DNA of 64,000 nucleotides, taken from Botryllus schlosseri. Taxonomy: Eukaryota. Both the position numbers and the translations under genes were made by a program. Shown piece by piece: positions 22,641 through 36,502 of the stretch. Position 1 is the first letter of the stretch. Every line of letters starts with the position of its first letter. The notes below the pieces were generated by a model. The model worked only from the letters and a program-made list of their open reading frames with translations, made no database searches and had not been told where the DNA came from. Where the stretch lies: the NCBI GenBank assembly GCA_051294905.1, contig CM119384.1:12028001-12092000 (forward strand), written 5' to 3'.

Positions 22641-25600
22641 GGTGCCTGTGTATAGCTTCAGTCAAAACAATTGTTTAATGTAATCAAATATTATCCGCTA
22701 CAAGACGCTGTAAATTACTGAGTTAAGCCGGTCATGATCAATTATAAAGGTCCCGGTAAATACACTCAAATAAGATTATACGCGCGGCCGTCTTCATTCT
22801 CCCAGTTAAATCCGCGCTTGTAAACTGAGTAAGCGTAGTGAATTTGTCACAGCGTAGCAAATAACTTTATAGACAAGTTTGGTGTGATGGCGACGAGACC
22901 GCAGTGTCTGAATGTCTGAGAAGCTCTCTGCTGCAGATATTATACAAGAAGGCAGCTCACTGATGTCGGAGGGTGCGTGCTAAGGCCACGTGCGTAATTT
23001 ATGGGTAAATATGTAATTCTAACCCATTAGGATCTTCGGGCCCACTTAAGGACTATCTATTAGATCGGCGGGATTATCAGTAAGACGAGGTAACGAAACT
23101 CTATAATTTCCAGTCTAAATATAGCTTATAGTTACGAAAATACACTGCGTACTTAACTATACTCAGTACTGTTGCATGACCCAGGTCGCATTTAGCTGGC
23201 ATGGCGTTGCTTTTATCAGCGCCAGCACAAATGCACGGTCCTTGGCTTTCCGTGTCCTGATGCAATATGATGCCTTGTTAATTCGGCAATTCGAAATAGG
23301 TTCGAAAAACCTTCACTGGGGATTTGAAGTATAGGCGTATACCAAAATCCCTTTCAAATTTCGAATTATGCATCTTAGGAGGATTCAGACTATACGAATT
23401 CCCCTCCCACACAGCTATTGTATTCAAGCTCGGTCCAAATCACACAAAGAGTTATTGCGTTGTATAACTATGGGTGTGACTTGCATATTTTAACCGTATA
23501 CATATATACATGCATTCATCGTTGGTAATCAACGGTCATTGGGTATACGACAGCAAGCATAGATCTAAAATGTTAAATGAATTCCTTGTAGTATGTAAAT
23601 AGTTGCATTGCATCAATATAGAGTGCAATATTCCGCTGTATATCCGTCACGAGTAAAATGCGCACTTTCCGTTCGCATATCATCACGACTTTGCGAAATG
23701 CCATTTCCGATTGGGCTGGGCTATTTTACTACGAAATCGTATAATTACCTGCGAGATTGTACGATTCGGAGCAATCATATAATTTGGTATTCAGCGGTAC
23801 TTCACACCAGGTACGTGGTCACTACGCTACGCACTCCGGAAAAAAACAAAGCAATCATCGCAGACGCTCCAGCTGAGTCTTCCGTCGCGTGTCGAAATTC
23901 GTGATGAAAGTTAGCGATTGGCAAAAAGTGATATTTCTTTATGCGAAGAGGATAGAGAATCAAGCGACAGCGTCGCGAAATAACTTGAGTGTGGCTTTGT
24001 GCGGATTGCGCTGAGTCGGATTTCACCAATTTACAGAAACAATATAAGCCATAACGTATTTTTGTTGTGTTCGTCGAGCAACCGTTGAATAATATATACA
24101 AAAACGTGAGGTCGAAGTCTGTATATTCAGGCTTTCAGTGTATTCGAAAGTTCCAATGCGCGACCAGTAAGATTCAAAGACTTTCAAGCATTCATGAATA
24201 TACAATACATAATTTATACCGTTCTGGTCTGATCGTGATATGCGTTATATAATGTTCCAGACGGTGATTGCAAGTTACTTATCATCCAGCCCTGATTCAT
24301 GAATATTTGGATATTAGTACATTATGAGTAAATCCGTTAGCTTTGTGTCGTTGTTAAGAATCACATTCGATCATTCAAACGTAATACAACATTCGATTAC
24401 TCACCTTCAACAACATAGGCTTTGTGCCATCGTAATCTTGCAAAGGACCAAGTTCAATTTTCGTCGGTAAAATATGTGTCGTATTATGTCAGCGATATTT
24501 ATTAGCTTGGCTTCTTGAAGGTACTTAGGAATGCCAAAAGTGCGACCAATCGGTACATGCGATTAAAGTGGAATTACCTGCTGAATCTATCACGACTCAA
24601 GTGGGCTAATAACTGCGTAAGTACGTTCAAGCCTTGGTGCCGGTCCATACGCGACACCCTTCAGGTTCTCCAAATAGACGAACATTGCTTGCATTTTTTC
24701 TACTAATCGCAAATATTCCGAGTTCTAATATAGTAAATGCCGCATTCACAACAAAACAACGTTCCACCGATTGCTCAAGACTAAATGTGGGCGGGGTTTT
24801 CATGTAACCGTAAGGTTAAATAATTGAATGTAGTTATCATTGAAATCTAAAATTGCTCAATTTATGCGCAACGCCAGACGCCACTTATGGAATGAGCATT
24901 AAACACTGAAGATTCAAAATATCACTTACTGGTGAGATCATTGTTTGACTTTTTGTCTACAATCGCTTTGTGCCGTAAAGGCGGGATTTCGCACAGTTGC
25001 AAAATTAAATCTGTCTTTGCGACCAAAATACTGACTATATGGCAATCAGCACTCTGGAATGCAATATAATTTTGTTTTTATCATACACCTATATTATGTG
25101 CAATATGCCGGTCTCGATTGGATTATCATGACCAGCTCAATGTAGCCTTAGTACATAATGTTCTGTACATTTACTGGACCATGGATGTATCCTAAGCCCG
25201 GTAAATATAATTCGTGACGTCCTCAGTAGTGTCATCGTAATCGCCTTTTTGTTTATGATTACAATAGATCATACTTCGGCGATATGTTACTTCCTCTGTC
25301 ATTTTGACACAGTAGTTGATACAAAATTCAGACGGCATTGCTAGCCTTCTGTGTTTTTAAATTTGAGGCTCGCGGCAGTAAACTTCGGCTCGCTTGCTTG
25401 CATTGTTTTTACAAAGTTTTTGCTAATATGCTATATGAGTAATCGAGTAAATTTAAGCATCGTTTACGTCGCCGAATCCACACAAGTCGGAAACAAGGTT
25501 AGTCACTGATTAGGTGATGTTGTGCTATAGTCGTCAACAACGTTGGGCTGTGTATTGACTGAGTCGGTGTATTTCCCCCGTAAACACATTTTGGAAAGTA

Positions 25601-28600
25601 GGATACTCCGCATACAGTATCTTTCAATTCAGTGAATTAGTGAATAGGCTGTTTATGATAATGAGTTCCTTTGTCGCTACACGAACCATTCACGAATCGC
25701 TCTGTGTACGTCACAGGGCGTTCAATTTTGCAAACAATTGACATAATTACAGAGTCGTCAGCTGGGCGATTCGATGCGACGCAAGCAAATTACTGTCAGT
25801 GTGGCGCAGCTCGCTCGTTGTCGACTTCTGTAAATCGGGAAATTGTTTGTCGCGTGTTCGGGATTGCCACGATACAGAAGACGTCAAATTAATCTGATAT
25901 GCAAAAGGAAAGCCTCTGTTGATTTCACTTAATTAAAATGTTTTACTAGCATTTCGATGCGCATTTTCGAGTTCAAACATGATGTCGGTAATAGTACTAG
26001 TCAAGTCATTGTTAGTTATGAATCATAATAATTCATCACCATATGAGCCACAGTTGAACTCATCGCGGTCGCACATAAATCGGAACATAAAACTGTAGCA
26101 TGTAACCTGTGTAATTGTGCTCAAGAACTTGAATCGGCGAGTGTCGCCATCCATGGCTAGAATTCACTGTAATATACAAAGTCCGTGGTCGGTCGTAAAT
26201 ATTATTATTCTTTCCTATAGTTTACATTAGCCATCTCAAACACAGCTGATCTCGTAACTGAATCCATTGTAAATTTGAAGTCTTCCGTACGACCGTTACG
26301 TCATTTTTGATAACCCGTGTTCCGTTTCAATGAGTGTCTGAACAACACAGATAGGGCATAAGTGTCGAAATACCATCTTTATACTCTAAAAACAGGTGCG
26401 CACTGCGCGGACGCGCTTTGTGTACTGGTCCCTTGGTCTGTTTGACCCATTAACGATTGAGCTTTTCAAAAAGAGTGAAGGACGCACGAAATCAAACAAC
26501 TGAGATATTCACACAAAATAATGAACAAAACCATTTGAGCGTATGACTTTGTCTGGCATAATGTTGTATGTATCAGTGTATATGTATCAGAGGGAAAAGA
26601 TCAAAATAATCAAAAGTAGGTCTACCTCATATTTAATGTCCAGTGTATTTGTCTGCAGCGCTCTTTTTATTCACTCGCACAACTTCATAGTAGTTCATAG
26701 CTATAAAGCACACAAATAACGCTCAAATATCCCGATCGTGGGATGGACTATTGAATCATATATATAAAAGTTATATAAATATTATTTAACATCTTTCAAC
26801 CCAGTCATTTCCTGTACGATCGAAGCGGGGATTATATCGTGAAGGTTTTAATGAATCAATCTGCTGCAAATGCATAACATGTCAAAATATTTCTATTGCA
26901 CACGCTCTTGTTAACACTTGTGTGATCACTGAGCTATTGACATTATTCATTTATTTGTTGAGATGAGATCACTGCCTTCACCGTACGCTGTTTCTCAACC
27001 ATATATCATGGGTGGTTTTATGATATGTTATTCGTGAGACTCCATGTATGAGTATCGCTTCGAATCAGAGCAGAGCACACCATCAGCCAAACCATAACGT
27101 CAATAGTAGTGCTTGACTGTAGTTTAGCCCACATAGATGCTCAATATTAAACGGCACACATCGCTGTGCCGTGAAATCCAACTGCTCCACGAAAATATGA
27201 CAAGTATTGACTTTACCAATGCTGCTCAGAATTGACATGAATGTCACTAATATTTCTTGAGCAGTCGTATGTGTGTAATATGTGACATAAGCTTTTACAC
27301 ATGGCGCTTCAAGGTGTACTACGTTAAAACGAATATTGCGCAAGTAGTTATGCCCTGCGGTCCCGTAAATGCGATAGGAAATATGATAAATGTTTCTTAA
27401 CCTTTTATACCTTCGCTCAATTTGCCGTCCTAGTTGAAGTAGCAACGAGATTCCGGTAAAACAAACATACAATTTTATAGTTAATTTGAAAGGCTACGAA
27501 ATTCGCATCTGATAAAATCTGATGAATTATCAAGGCGTCAATTTGGTTGCAATTCTCTATAAGGCAGCTGAAAAAGGGTCATACTTGGGGTATACATATA
27601 ACATCTATGCATATTGCATATATGTCACAGGCCTGAGCAAGTGAGCATATTCATAGAAAACCACTGAAAACATGGGATACCAATCCTGGTATGAAGCGCC
27701 TTGAAATAATGCACATTGAAGTTATTTTAATGATAGCGAAAGGACTGCCAATGACAATCTTTCTTATTGATCGTCGTAAAGGTCAAAATTCGACTTTTCC
27801 AATATCTCAAGTTTATTTAAGCCTTTAAAGTCCACCCTATAAAAACAACACGAACTCACACCGTGCCAAGCACTGTGTCCACTGAGAACCTATCCGAGAC
27901 TTTACAATAACCAGCAGTATTTGATAACGAGCAGCTACGTTGAAATCGGAATGAAGGTGTAAAACCGATAGAAGCTAGTCGACCTATTTGCATGATATAT
28001 CGTTCGGGACAATTTGCAGCCCTTGTTCTCTTTCAGTTCTGTTCGATGTTATCATTTAACGGGGCTGTTTCGTTCACATTTTGTGTGATTTGCGCCGTAT
28101 ATTTTGCGGGTTTCCCATTACCATGTTATCTTCATGCGAAAATTGGCGAATTTGGAAAAACCTTACTAAGCCCTATAGCGGCCTAGCACTATTTCCATCG
28201 GCCGTTTATTGCGAAATCTAATAAACAGGCGCAGACCGGTATACCGTCTCGACACGAAACATTCATGAATCATCTACATTACGATTGGAGAATGTGGCTT
28301 TAATACCCTAATTTGGATTCGGGGAGTCCTTACAATATGTAGGTTGTTGCGTAGCCTGATACTTTACATCGAAGTGTTCATGAAATGTTCCCCGCCATTC
28401 ACCAAAGTCTCAAAAATCGTGTGGTTACGTTGCGTTGGCTTCCGCGTCAATAAAACGAATCAGACACTCGGTATTATCGCAGCAACGGATGCGTTTTCGG
28501 GAAGATTTCGCAACGCCAGCGATTCACAATCGGCTGGCTATTATTATAATATTACAAATCGTTCAATGGTAGCAGCAATGATACGTAATGTATACCGGCA

Positions 28601-30354
28601 TTACTCATACGCGTATTCCAAGCAAAAGCGCGCATTGTCCTATCAAACCAAGCGGTATCTGATCATAAATGCTTAGTGTCTATTGACCCCACGTAACCTA
28701 TTCTCTGTAGATACAGCTGTTTTTATCGGCTATTGTGACCACTGTCGAGTTTGTCGTAATAAGTTAATAGCTAGCGTTAAATTGTTTACCGTGACTTTGT
28801 TGCAAACAGTCGCCGAGAAAGATTATTACTCCATAATCGCCGAATAACAAACATCATCCAATGAAGCTCGGATTGCCGTCATTTATACGCCACGAAGGAA
28901 ATACTCTACTCTTATGGGTTGTGGGCTCCTATTTCGATATTACGAAATATTACGATATTTTAGATTCAATGGCTTGAATTATTGCCCTAAAACTTCCTTC
29001 GATATATTGAGTCACGGAGCATGTACTTTAATAGCTGCGGACACGTAGCTAAACGGCATGTTTTTGTATATTTAATAATTCCAGGATTGATGTGATGATA
29101 TGGCTGAACGTTTATGTCACATAATGACATGATTCAAATCGCATGCCGGTCGGCGTATTATTTATCGACGTTAAAAGATAAGCAAGGAATCGACCGGCTG
29201 GTGAATAATCCGAGTTTATGTCATCTTCAATAATTCAGAACCGCATCATCGCATGGCTCATCTCGCGTTCAATTTCCTAGCGCTTGTCAACGCGAAACAA
29301 AGACTTGGCTTGTATGCACTCCGAAAACTCAAATGAATCTCCGTCCGGTGAAGAACATATATGGTAGCATAGGCAATGCAGCCGCCACATACCGGCACCT
29401 CTTCGAAGGTTAATGCGTGGGACAAGGTTCAACTTCCAGTTCGGTGCGCGTGTCATCAATTCAGCGCTTTCATACAACGGTCGCCCGATACTAACGTTGT
29501 AGCGTTCACGCTACAACACATGAACAAATAAGGTCAGAAGCTACAGCAAGACAGCTCATCATTTATGCAAGGATGCACTGTCTGGTATATTTGTCAATAG
29601 TATATGTACCTTATAGATCACGAGAAAATTAGTCCACAATAAGCATCACGTCGTATGTCAATTTTGTTGTGAGTCATATATCTATTTCCCGATGGCTGGC
29701 GGGGAACGTGATACGGGTTCATAGGTTGACTGAGTGCAACCGCCAAACAAGAACCGGAGTAGATAAAGACATAGATAGGTCTGGGTGGCAAGCTCGTATA
29801 GGATAACTATGTGAGAGAGAAAGAGACATAGTCGGTTGGTAGGCCTCCCCTAACGTGTGGTTACCTCACCGGATTTTTGTTCGTGTGATCCGCACGATTT
29901 GGCCGAAGTTAAACCCTTCAACCATACATTTACGGGGCTTGTGACCGGTAATGGTCACACGGCATGGCCGAACACCGCACAGCGGGAATCAAAATCGACA
30001 CCCCTGGTTTGCGAGACCAGTGTTACTACTATACTGAGATGCGGTAACGGTCACGTAATAAATGTATATTGTAAATTTATATTGGAAGCTTTCGATGTCC
30101 TTTGCGTCGCCTCATTGATCGTTTGCCGTTTGGTATTTTCCCCTTTTCAAGACAGAAAAGCAAAGCTTTCTGATAGCCAATCTTTTCAAACCTAAAATCC
30201 AATCTAGTTTGCGCCAGAAATGATGCAGCATAAGGCTTGTACGCACGGAAAGTCACTTGGTGCGGGTTTCTTCATCATTTGCTCCATTTTCTACTTGCTG
30301 CTGATACTCATTGGTTTCAATGATGAAAATGCCTGTATACCGGATGGGTTAAAG

Positions 30355-30574
30355 CAGTAGTTCCCAAAATTTTTCGTCCCTTTATCAAGCTCAACATATT
30401 TTTATGGCTCCAATATAGACTAAAGGTCATCAGTCAGGTTATCCGTCTACTTTTCCGTAATATTCAAGTAGGTACTATCCACTTATTGAAGTAGTTTTGC
30501 ATTTATACTACTTCTACTTCAACACTTTTTGTCGCCCGTCTATCAAAATAAATCGCCCACTTTGGGAATCACTG
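30355..30574. mobile_element. Buster/Charlie-like hAT MITE (220 bp)
   Basis: TIR CAGTAGTTCCCAAA/TTTGGGAATCACTG; perfect TSD GGTTAAAG. Confidence 0.9.
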
Positions 30575-31348
30575 GGTTAAAGCCTTAACTTTATTGTTAA
30601 AAATTCAACGAACCCCAGCCTGAGTTATGCGTTGCCGATATATCTAATATCTCGTCCAGTAGAATTCAGGTAACCTATAAGTGGCATATATAGACCACAA
30701 GTCAGTAGAGAAGCGTGGTACTGATTTTGTACTGTGAACTTATGACGTACATTGGAGCTTAATGATAACGTATTTGTCCAACTTGATGACGGGTGAGACC
30801 TGAGGTCAAGACAAATCGTATGTGATTGTTTTCCCGACATCAAGTGCATGAATATGAATAGTAATCACACCTAAGACTATGGCGTGGTAATTTGGATTGG
30901 AAGGAGCAGGGGAAAGAAAGTAGCTGTGGTAGTATCTACTATTATCTATATAACACAGTGGTTTAATTATTATCAAATACACGGTTAAGTGCTATTAATA
31001 TCATGAATTGGTATGAGTCTCGGCGGCGGCGGCAGTACGCGGTCGGATATTTCGTTTTCTCGTGTCAACGTGCCATCCTACACGTGCGCTGTCTGTCTCC
31101 TTTTACGTGAGGAGAATCATTTACTTCGGCGCAGTAGTGATAAGGCCATAAACCCAAAGAACCGATCAGATGATTGCGAAATACAAGTCCGGCATTTCGA
31201 TCTGAACAAATTATTCAGAACCGGTGTGAACCGGTTCCACATTCGTCCGAGTCCGTTAGGGCCAAATCGAAGATTAGATTGGTAAGGTTAGGTGAGACTA
31301 ACGAATCCAGCACCCAATCATCGAAGAATTGAACTACTTTAGTATTAA

Positions 31349-31837
31349 AGGGGCACTGCACTCTAAAAATGATGTGGTCTCAAATTGAAGGGCAAAACGA
31401 AAGAAAAATTTTGGCAGCAGCCGTTTTCTTCAGAACGCCACCGTAATGGAGCTGTAATGAATTGAAATTTCCATAGTTGCAGCACGCTCCAGCAGTCACG
31501 CAGAGATCGAACTATATATAGTTGTCAGCCGATGTTATGAAGGAAATAGAATACACTAGGCCCGATTTTGACATAAATCTCCTGACTGGACATCTTCCGT
31601 TGTACGCGGTATCTAAACCACCTTGGCGTGTACGACATATTTCCTTCATAACATCGGCTGACAACTATATCAAGTTCGATCTCTGCGTGACTGCTGGACC
31701 GTGCTGCAACTATGGAAATTTCAATTCATTACAGCTCCATTACGGTGGCGTTCTGAAGAAAACGGCTGCTGCCAAAATTTTTCTTTCGTTTTGCCCTTTA
31801 ATCTGAGACCACATCATTTTTAGAGTGCAGTGCCCCT
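31349..31837. mobile_element. Foldback MITE with ~200-bp TIRs, Kolobok/T2-like
   Basis: Flanked by TTAA on both sides; termini AGGGG.../...CCCCT; arms 31349-31548 and 31638-31837 differ at about 5 positions by eye; ~89-bp spacer. Confidence 0.92.
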
Positions 31838-34800
31838 TTAATGATAGAGCATATTGAATTATATTGTATTTATTGTCCTGGTGCAACAGAAATTGTCTAG
31901 AAGCCAACGCGAACCTATCGGAACAAGGTATAGGAGGCTTCTGTGTCACACCGAATCTAATTGCACGTATCTAAGAATTTAAATATATCTTCTGGGCAGG
32001 ATGCTTACCGGGGCATTTTCATCAATATGAAAAATGGTTGCGAAATTTCCCGAACAGCTGTTGCGCAAGTATCGATTTCGCCGGCCGGCATTTTCCAGAA
32101 CACGCTTGATAAGCGGTCGCGATCAGCTGATCGTGTTGCGAAATACCGAAGCGTGCTCTTTCCTATGCGTCAGTGCTACGTCATATTGTCTCACAATGTT
32201 ATAAGATTGGTAAGGTCGCCCGCCGTTAGCGAACATTAGCATCAGAACCGTATGGATTTCATTCGACTATGCTTGTATTTCACTATTCCATTGACGATAA
32301 TTGCTAAGATTTCGAACGTATGAAAGTATTGCTATCCCGTGTGAAGCGAAAATGCAGAGTTTAGAAGGTTATCGTAACTCCGACCATTGATATAATTGTT
32401 ACAGCAATGGCGATGCCATTCATGGTGGTAATGATTCGACCTTGCGTCTACATGGGCATAAACCTTAAGTGTTCCTGACCAAGTTTCAACCATGTCGCTG
32501 AATTAGACAGAACGCGACATCACGCTAGTGCCCCGTTCTTGACTCGGTGTGTGGGCGAAGAACGCCTACTTGCTTACTACCAGGCTTTGGCGTTTTACAG
32601 ATGAGAATGCTCTCGGGGCGACCGCAAAGCCTGGATTAGAATGCAAATGAAGCAATATCATTCAGAAATCCTGATCACAGCACGACCGGGATGCACCTCA
32701 AAAAGGAGTGAGACAGTAACCGGGAGTATCTCATCATCAGCATAAAATAATCGCGATATCTGGATGATCACAACAGAAAACAATATTTTTATTATCAAGG
32801 AATGTTTTTGCAGTGATCACACGACTCGCCGGCGACTCAAATCTAACTTCTCAGACAAACAGATCGCCGCTGGCGCCGCGAGGGAATGAATTGTCTTCGA
32901 CAATTCTAGATAGTATCAACGTATTTCGTGTCTTTGGTATATGTCGGATTACCAAACTGTGATAGCGAATAACAAAATTGCCGGCGATACACTTCAAAGC
33001 AGGGTATTGTATTAGCAGGTATCATGGCTATCGACTCTGTATGCACTGCGCTCTAATCACCGTAGGTTGCATGATAATCTTCAGCACACAATCTTCTCCT
33101 ATTAATCGACGATAGCTTTGAAAGACTTAAGCAACCGCAATTATAAAAACAATTTGTATATCAACAGTTCACAAATCAACCATAAAGGAGATCTAAAAGT
33201 GGTTATTGCAAATAATACTCTCCGGCATGCACCATATGCTCGATGCTCATGTTCGCCCATTGATCATTGTCCTTCATTGTGCTTCATTGACATTTTCGAT
33301 AGAGTATAGTGAATTGTCGATTTCTGCCCTTTCGAACAGTATCCCTTCATTTATCATCATGATCACCAGACTAAGACCAAACATTGGCTCTGATAAATAA
33401 CATTATCAATGAATTCTATACAGCAAAAGATCTCTTTCATTCTGTAATTTGAACACCGGTGGATCAGGGCTGGAGATTCACACAATTCTTGATGTCATGT
33501 TGTGACGAGAACTACCGAATGTCCCCTCCTCCTGCACTGTTCCAATTGAACGGAAGCTTATGATAATGCCCCCACAATAGGTAGGAGAATTCAGATCATC
33601 GCACACTGCACAGCTATAGTGACAGTTTTCTGGACGCTGCCAACCGGTAATTGCAGTTAAAAATAACAATGCTCCATTCCGAAGTGTGACTAACACGACT
33701 GGTGGCGGAAATTCGAAAACATTTTGGTAACATAACTCACTCGGCGCACTTTTCCCGCGTACTTGAACACGCTTCTTAGCTTACAACACCAGGAAGTGGT
33801 AATTCAATAACAGCAAACATAACAACAGCTGGTCGTCGCGAAAAATCCCCGCACACTTCTGCTTTGTGTGGGCGGTATTCTTCAGGTGTATAATTGATTT
33901 GTATTGCCAACTCGTCCAAGTTGTATCAATGAAAAAGACTTAAAGTTAGATATTTCCCAAACATTAAAATCTGAAAAGATAGCGTCATATAGTTCCACAT
34001 TTTGTCGTTGTTGTTTGCGGTGTTAATGGTGTTTTTCAACTGCGATGGTCTTTTACACTAGGCCGATTTTTTTTAATTTTGATTCTGTATTTGCTGACTT
34101 GTAGCAGGGCCCCCTTCTAGGCTTTTTAAGTCACCCCTTCCACCTTTAATGGCCTGAATAGTATTTTCGGCCGTTCACTGCCTGACTGGAGACCCCTGGC
34201 CCAGACTGGGAGAATTTTATTTTTCAAAAGTACGTTTGGCAAATATTGGCGAATTTTCAGCGACATCATGTCGAAAATACAAATATAGCTTACGGTATTT
34301 AGACGCTTATAACGTGAAATCAGGATTTTTTACCTCTGTCGATTTCGGATTTCAGAAAAACAGTGCTCACACGATCAATGCTTCAATTTTTCGGCAGTAA
34401 ATTCTCATTGCCTGTCTCAAATAGTGTATCGTTAACTTTTTGGATAACACTGGACATGTGCATATGTGATAGACGACCACATGGAGTCTGTTTTGTTTTG
34501 CTTTACAAATGTTAAGATTATCCAGTGCTATTAATTCCCAATAGCCTACCGTTCGTTCTAAACTAGCCATGGAAGGTCACTTTTTAAGCAGTGGTTTTCT
34601 TCCCATGTAATATGAAGGCCTGTCCATTAACGAGAACTAGAGAAATAAGATACCACATTACTTTTCTGATTTAGAAATTCAGAACTCTTTTTGACGTGAT
34701 ATAGACATCATGGCATATTTTCAAGTCAAAATCATGCAATTATTGAACCAAACTGCCTAAAAGTAACCTCTATAACTCGTTTACTACCAGTGATGTGTAA

Positions 34801-35140
34801 AAACTATTAGATGACTTGTTAACCAAATTTTGACAACATTCGACAATATAACAGATCTAACAAACAGCGAAATCGCATTACTTTCAAAAGAAACGCCGAA
34901 ATGAAAATCACGTTGGTAGTTGAAACATGACTTTTCCTTGCAGCAACTGCTGGAATATCCAATGACAGTGGCCAATTTCTCATTAAGTGTGAAAAGTCCA
35001 ATTCTTTGTTTGAGTTGCATACTTTTTCGTAATTACATTTGTGTTGGTTTTGATTTTTTGAAATAACATGAAACAATAACTTCATATTGTTAATTTATGT
35101 GCTAAAAGCTTTTCGACTGACTCTCATCAGTAGCGAACGT

Positions 35141-35388
35141 CAGTGATAGGGTGAATAGTATTCGAAATATAAGAACTATTTTGTCTGCATGACGTAATAA
35201 TAACAAAAACAAACAACTAGTAGACAGGCAAGATACAGTAGTAACGATACAAAACAAACGTTAACGAGTACATATTCGGTTCTAAATAACCGAGAACAAC
35301 AACACACAACATTAATCAAATATTCCAAGAGTTTAGAGGGGTTTTTCAGAGTGTAGAGGCATTTCAAATTTTATTCACCCTATCACTG
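35141..35388. mobile_element. Short TIR element of unresolved superfamily
   Basis: Perfect 17-bp TIR CAGTGATAGGGTGAATA/TATTCACCCTATCACTG; no convincing TSD. Confidence 0.65.
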
Positions 35389-35811
35389 ATTTTTTGAAAG
35401 GTCATCGGTTCGCAAAATTTGTTTTTGAGATTTTGGCGGTCGGCAAGCTGAAAAGATCGAGAACCACTGATTTTAAAATACATTATCGGGACGGAATATC
35501 AACACCAATGGTGAAATTCTGGCTGCGATCACAAACATCGCGTAAACAGATTCCGGATATTTATCCGAGATTATGCTCGCGTAAACCGCACGGAGTGCGC
35601 GGAGGTAGCGATGCACAATTCTAGGGAGGTGATAGCAGCCAAATGTTGCGCTGGATATCCTGTGAAGTTAAGTGGAAAGGATTTTATAATGTATATGCAC
35701 TGAAAAATTTGATGTGAACATATAATCCATATCTCAATAATCCATTTCTCAGATGTCGTAACAATGTTATATCCTTTTTGAAAGGTTTCAGTATCCGGGC
35801 TTTCTATATAC

Positions 35812-36502
35812 CAGTGGTTCTCAACCGGGGGTCCGTGAAGCAATTTGAGAGGGTACGCGAAACCTCCAAATTTGCAAAATGGTTAATAACCAAATTAGTT
35901 TTTTTCTTTTTATTAGAGAAATCGCGAGAGAGTTTCGCTTCATAACTGCTAAAACTTCATAACTTATATGAACAGAATGGCCGTCTGAGATAAAATATTC
36001 TACTGTGTAAACTCATTTTAATTGCCAAATTGCCAATTGCCAATTGCCAAGGGCTATATGCAGGAGGTTAATATGTTCACACTAAAAATCTGTTTCTCAA
36101 TTTTGATGTCATATATGTTGCGATCATACCAGAAGGTGTTGTCAGAAACGTTGCGCGTTATTATTACATTCGCCGCCACGTATCTTTGTGGAAATGGATA
36201 TTCGGCACTCGTCCATATATCAAATAGACCGCGCGGATTTTCAAGACACAACCGCATATTTCAAGAAATTTAGCTACAGAATTCTCTTTGAAAAGTCTTC
36301 CCAATTTCTAGGCTATGATATTATTTTCAAGAACAGTCATTTTGTTGCTGTTGATCACTAGCCTAAAGTTAGTATTTGTACAGGACAGATGATATGCTTG
36401 CACTATAATAGAGCTAAATTTGAAGCAAAGCTTTGGGGGTCCGCGGGGGTCCGTGACCGTCCAAAAGGGGTCCGCGAATACAAAAAAGGTTGAGAACCAC
36501 TG
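35812..36502. mobile_element. Buster/Charlie-like hAT MITE
   Basis: 15-bp TIR CAGTGGTTCTCAACC/GGTTGAGAACCACTG; GGGGTCCG subterminal repeats; TSD CTATATAC/CACTATAC (6/8). Confidence 0.9.

Noticed and set aside
23288-23367. 80-bp imperfect palindrome (AATTCGAAAT...ATTTCGAATT)
   Set aside because: Short AT-rich stems are expected by chance or from MITE decay; no other support.
26150-26172. TAGAATTCACTG resembling the 3' end of miR-183
   Set aside because: The seed does not match and there is no complementary arm nearby.
33118-33696. Coding-like stretch with AVCDD and YCGGIII motifs
   Set aside because: Multiple stops in all frames and no coherent domain; may be decayed TE coding sequence but is unidentifiable.
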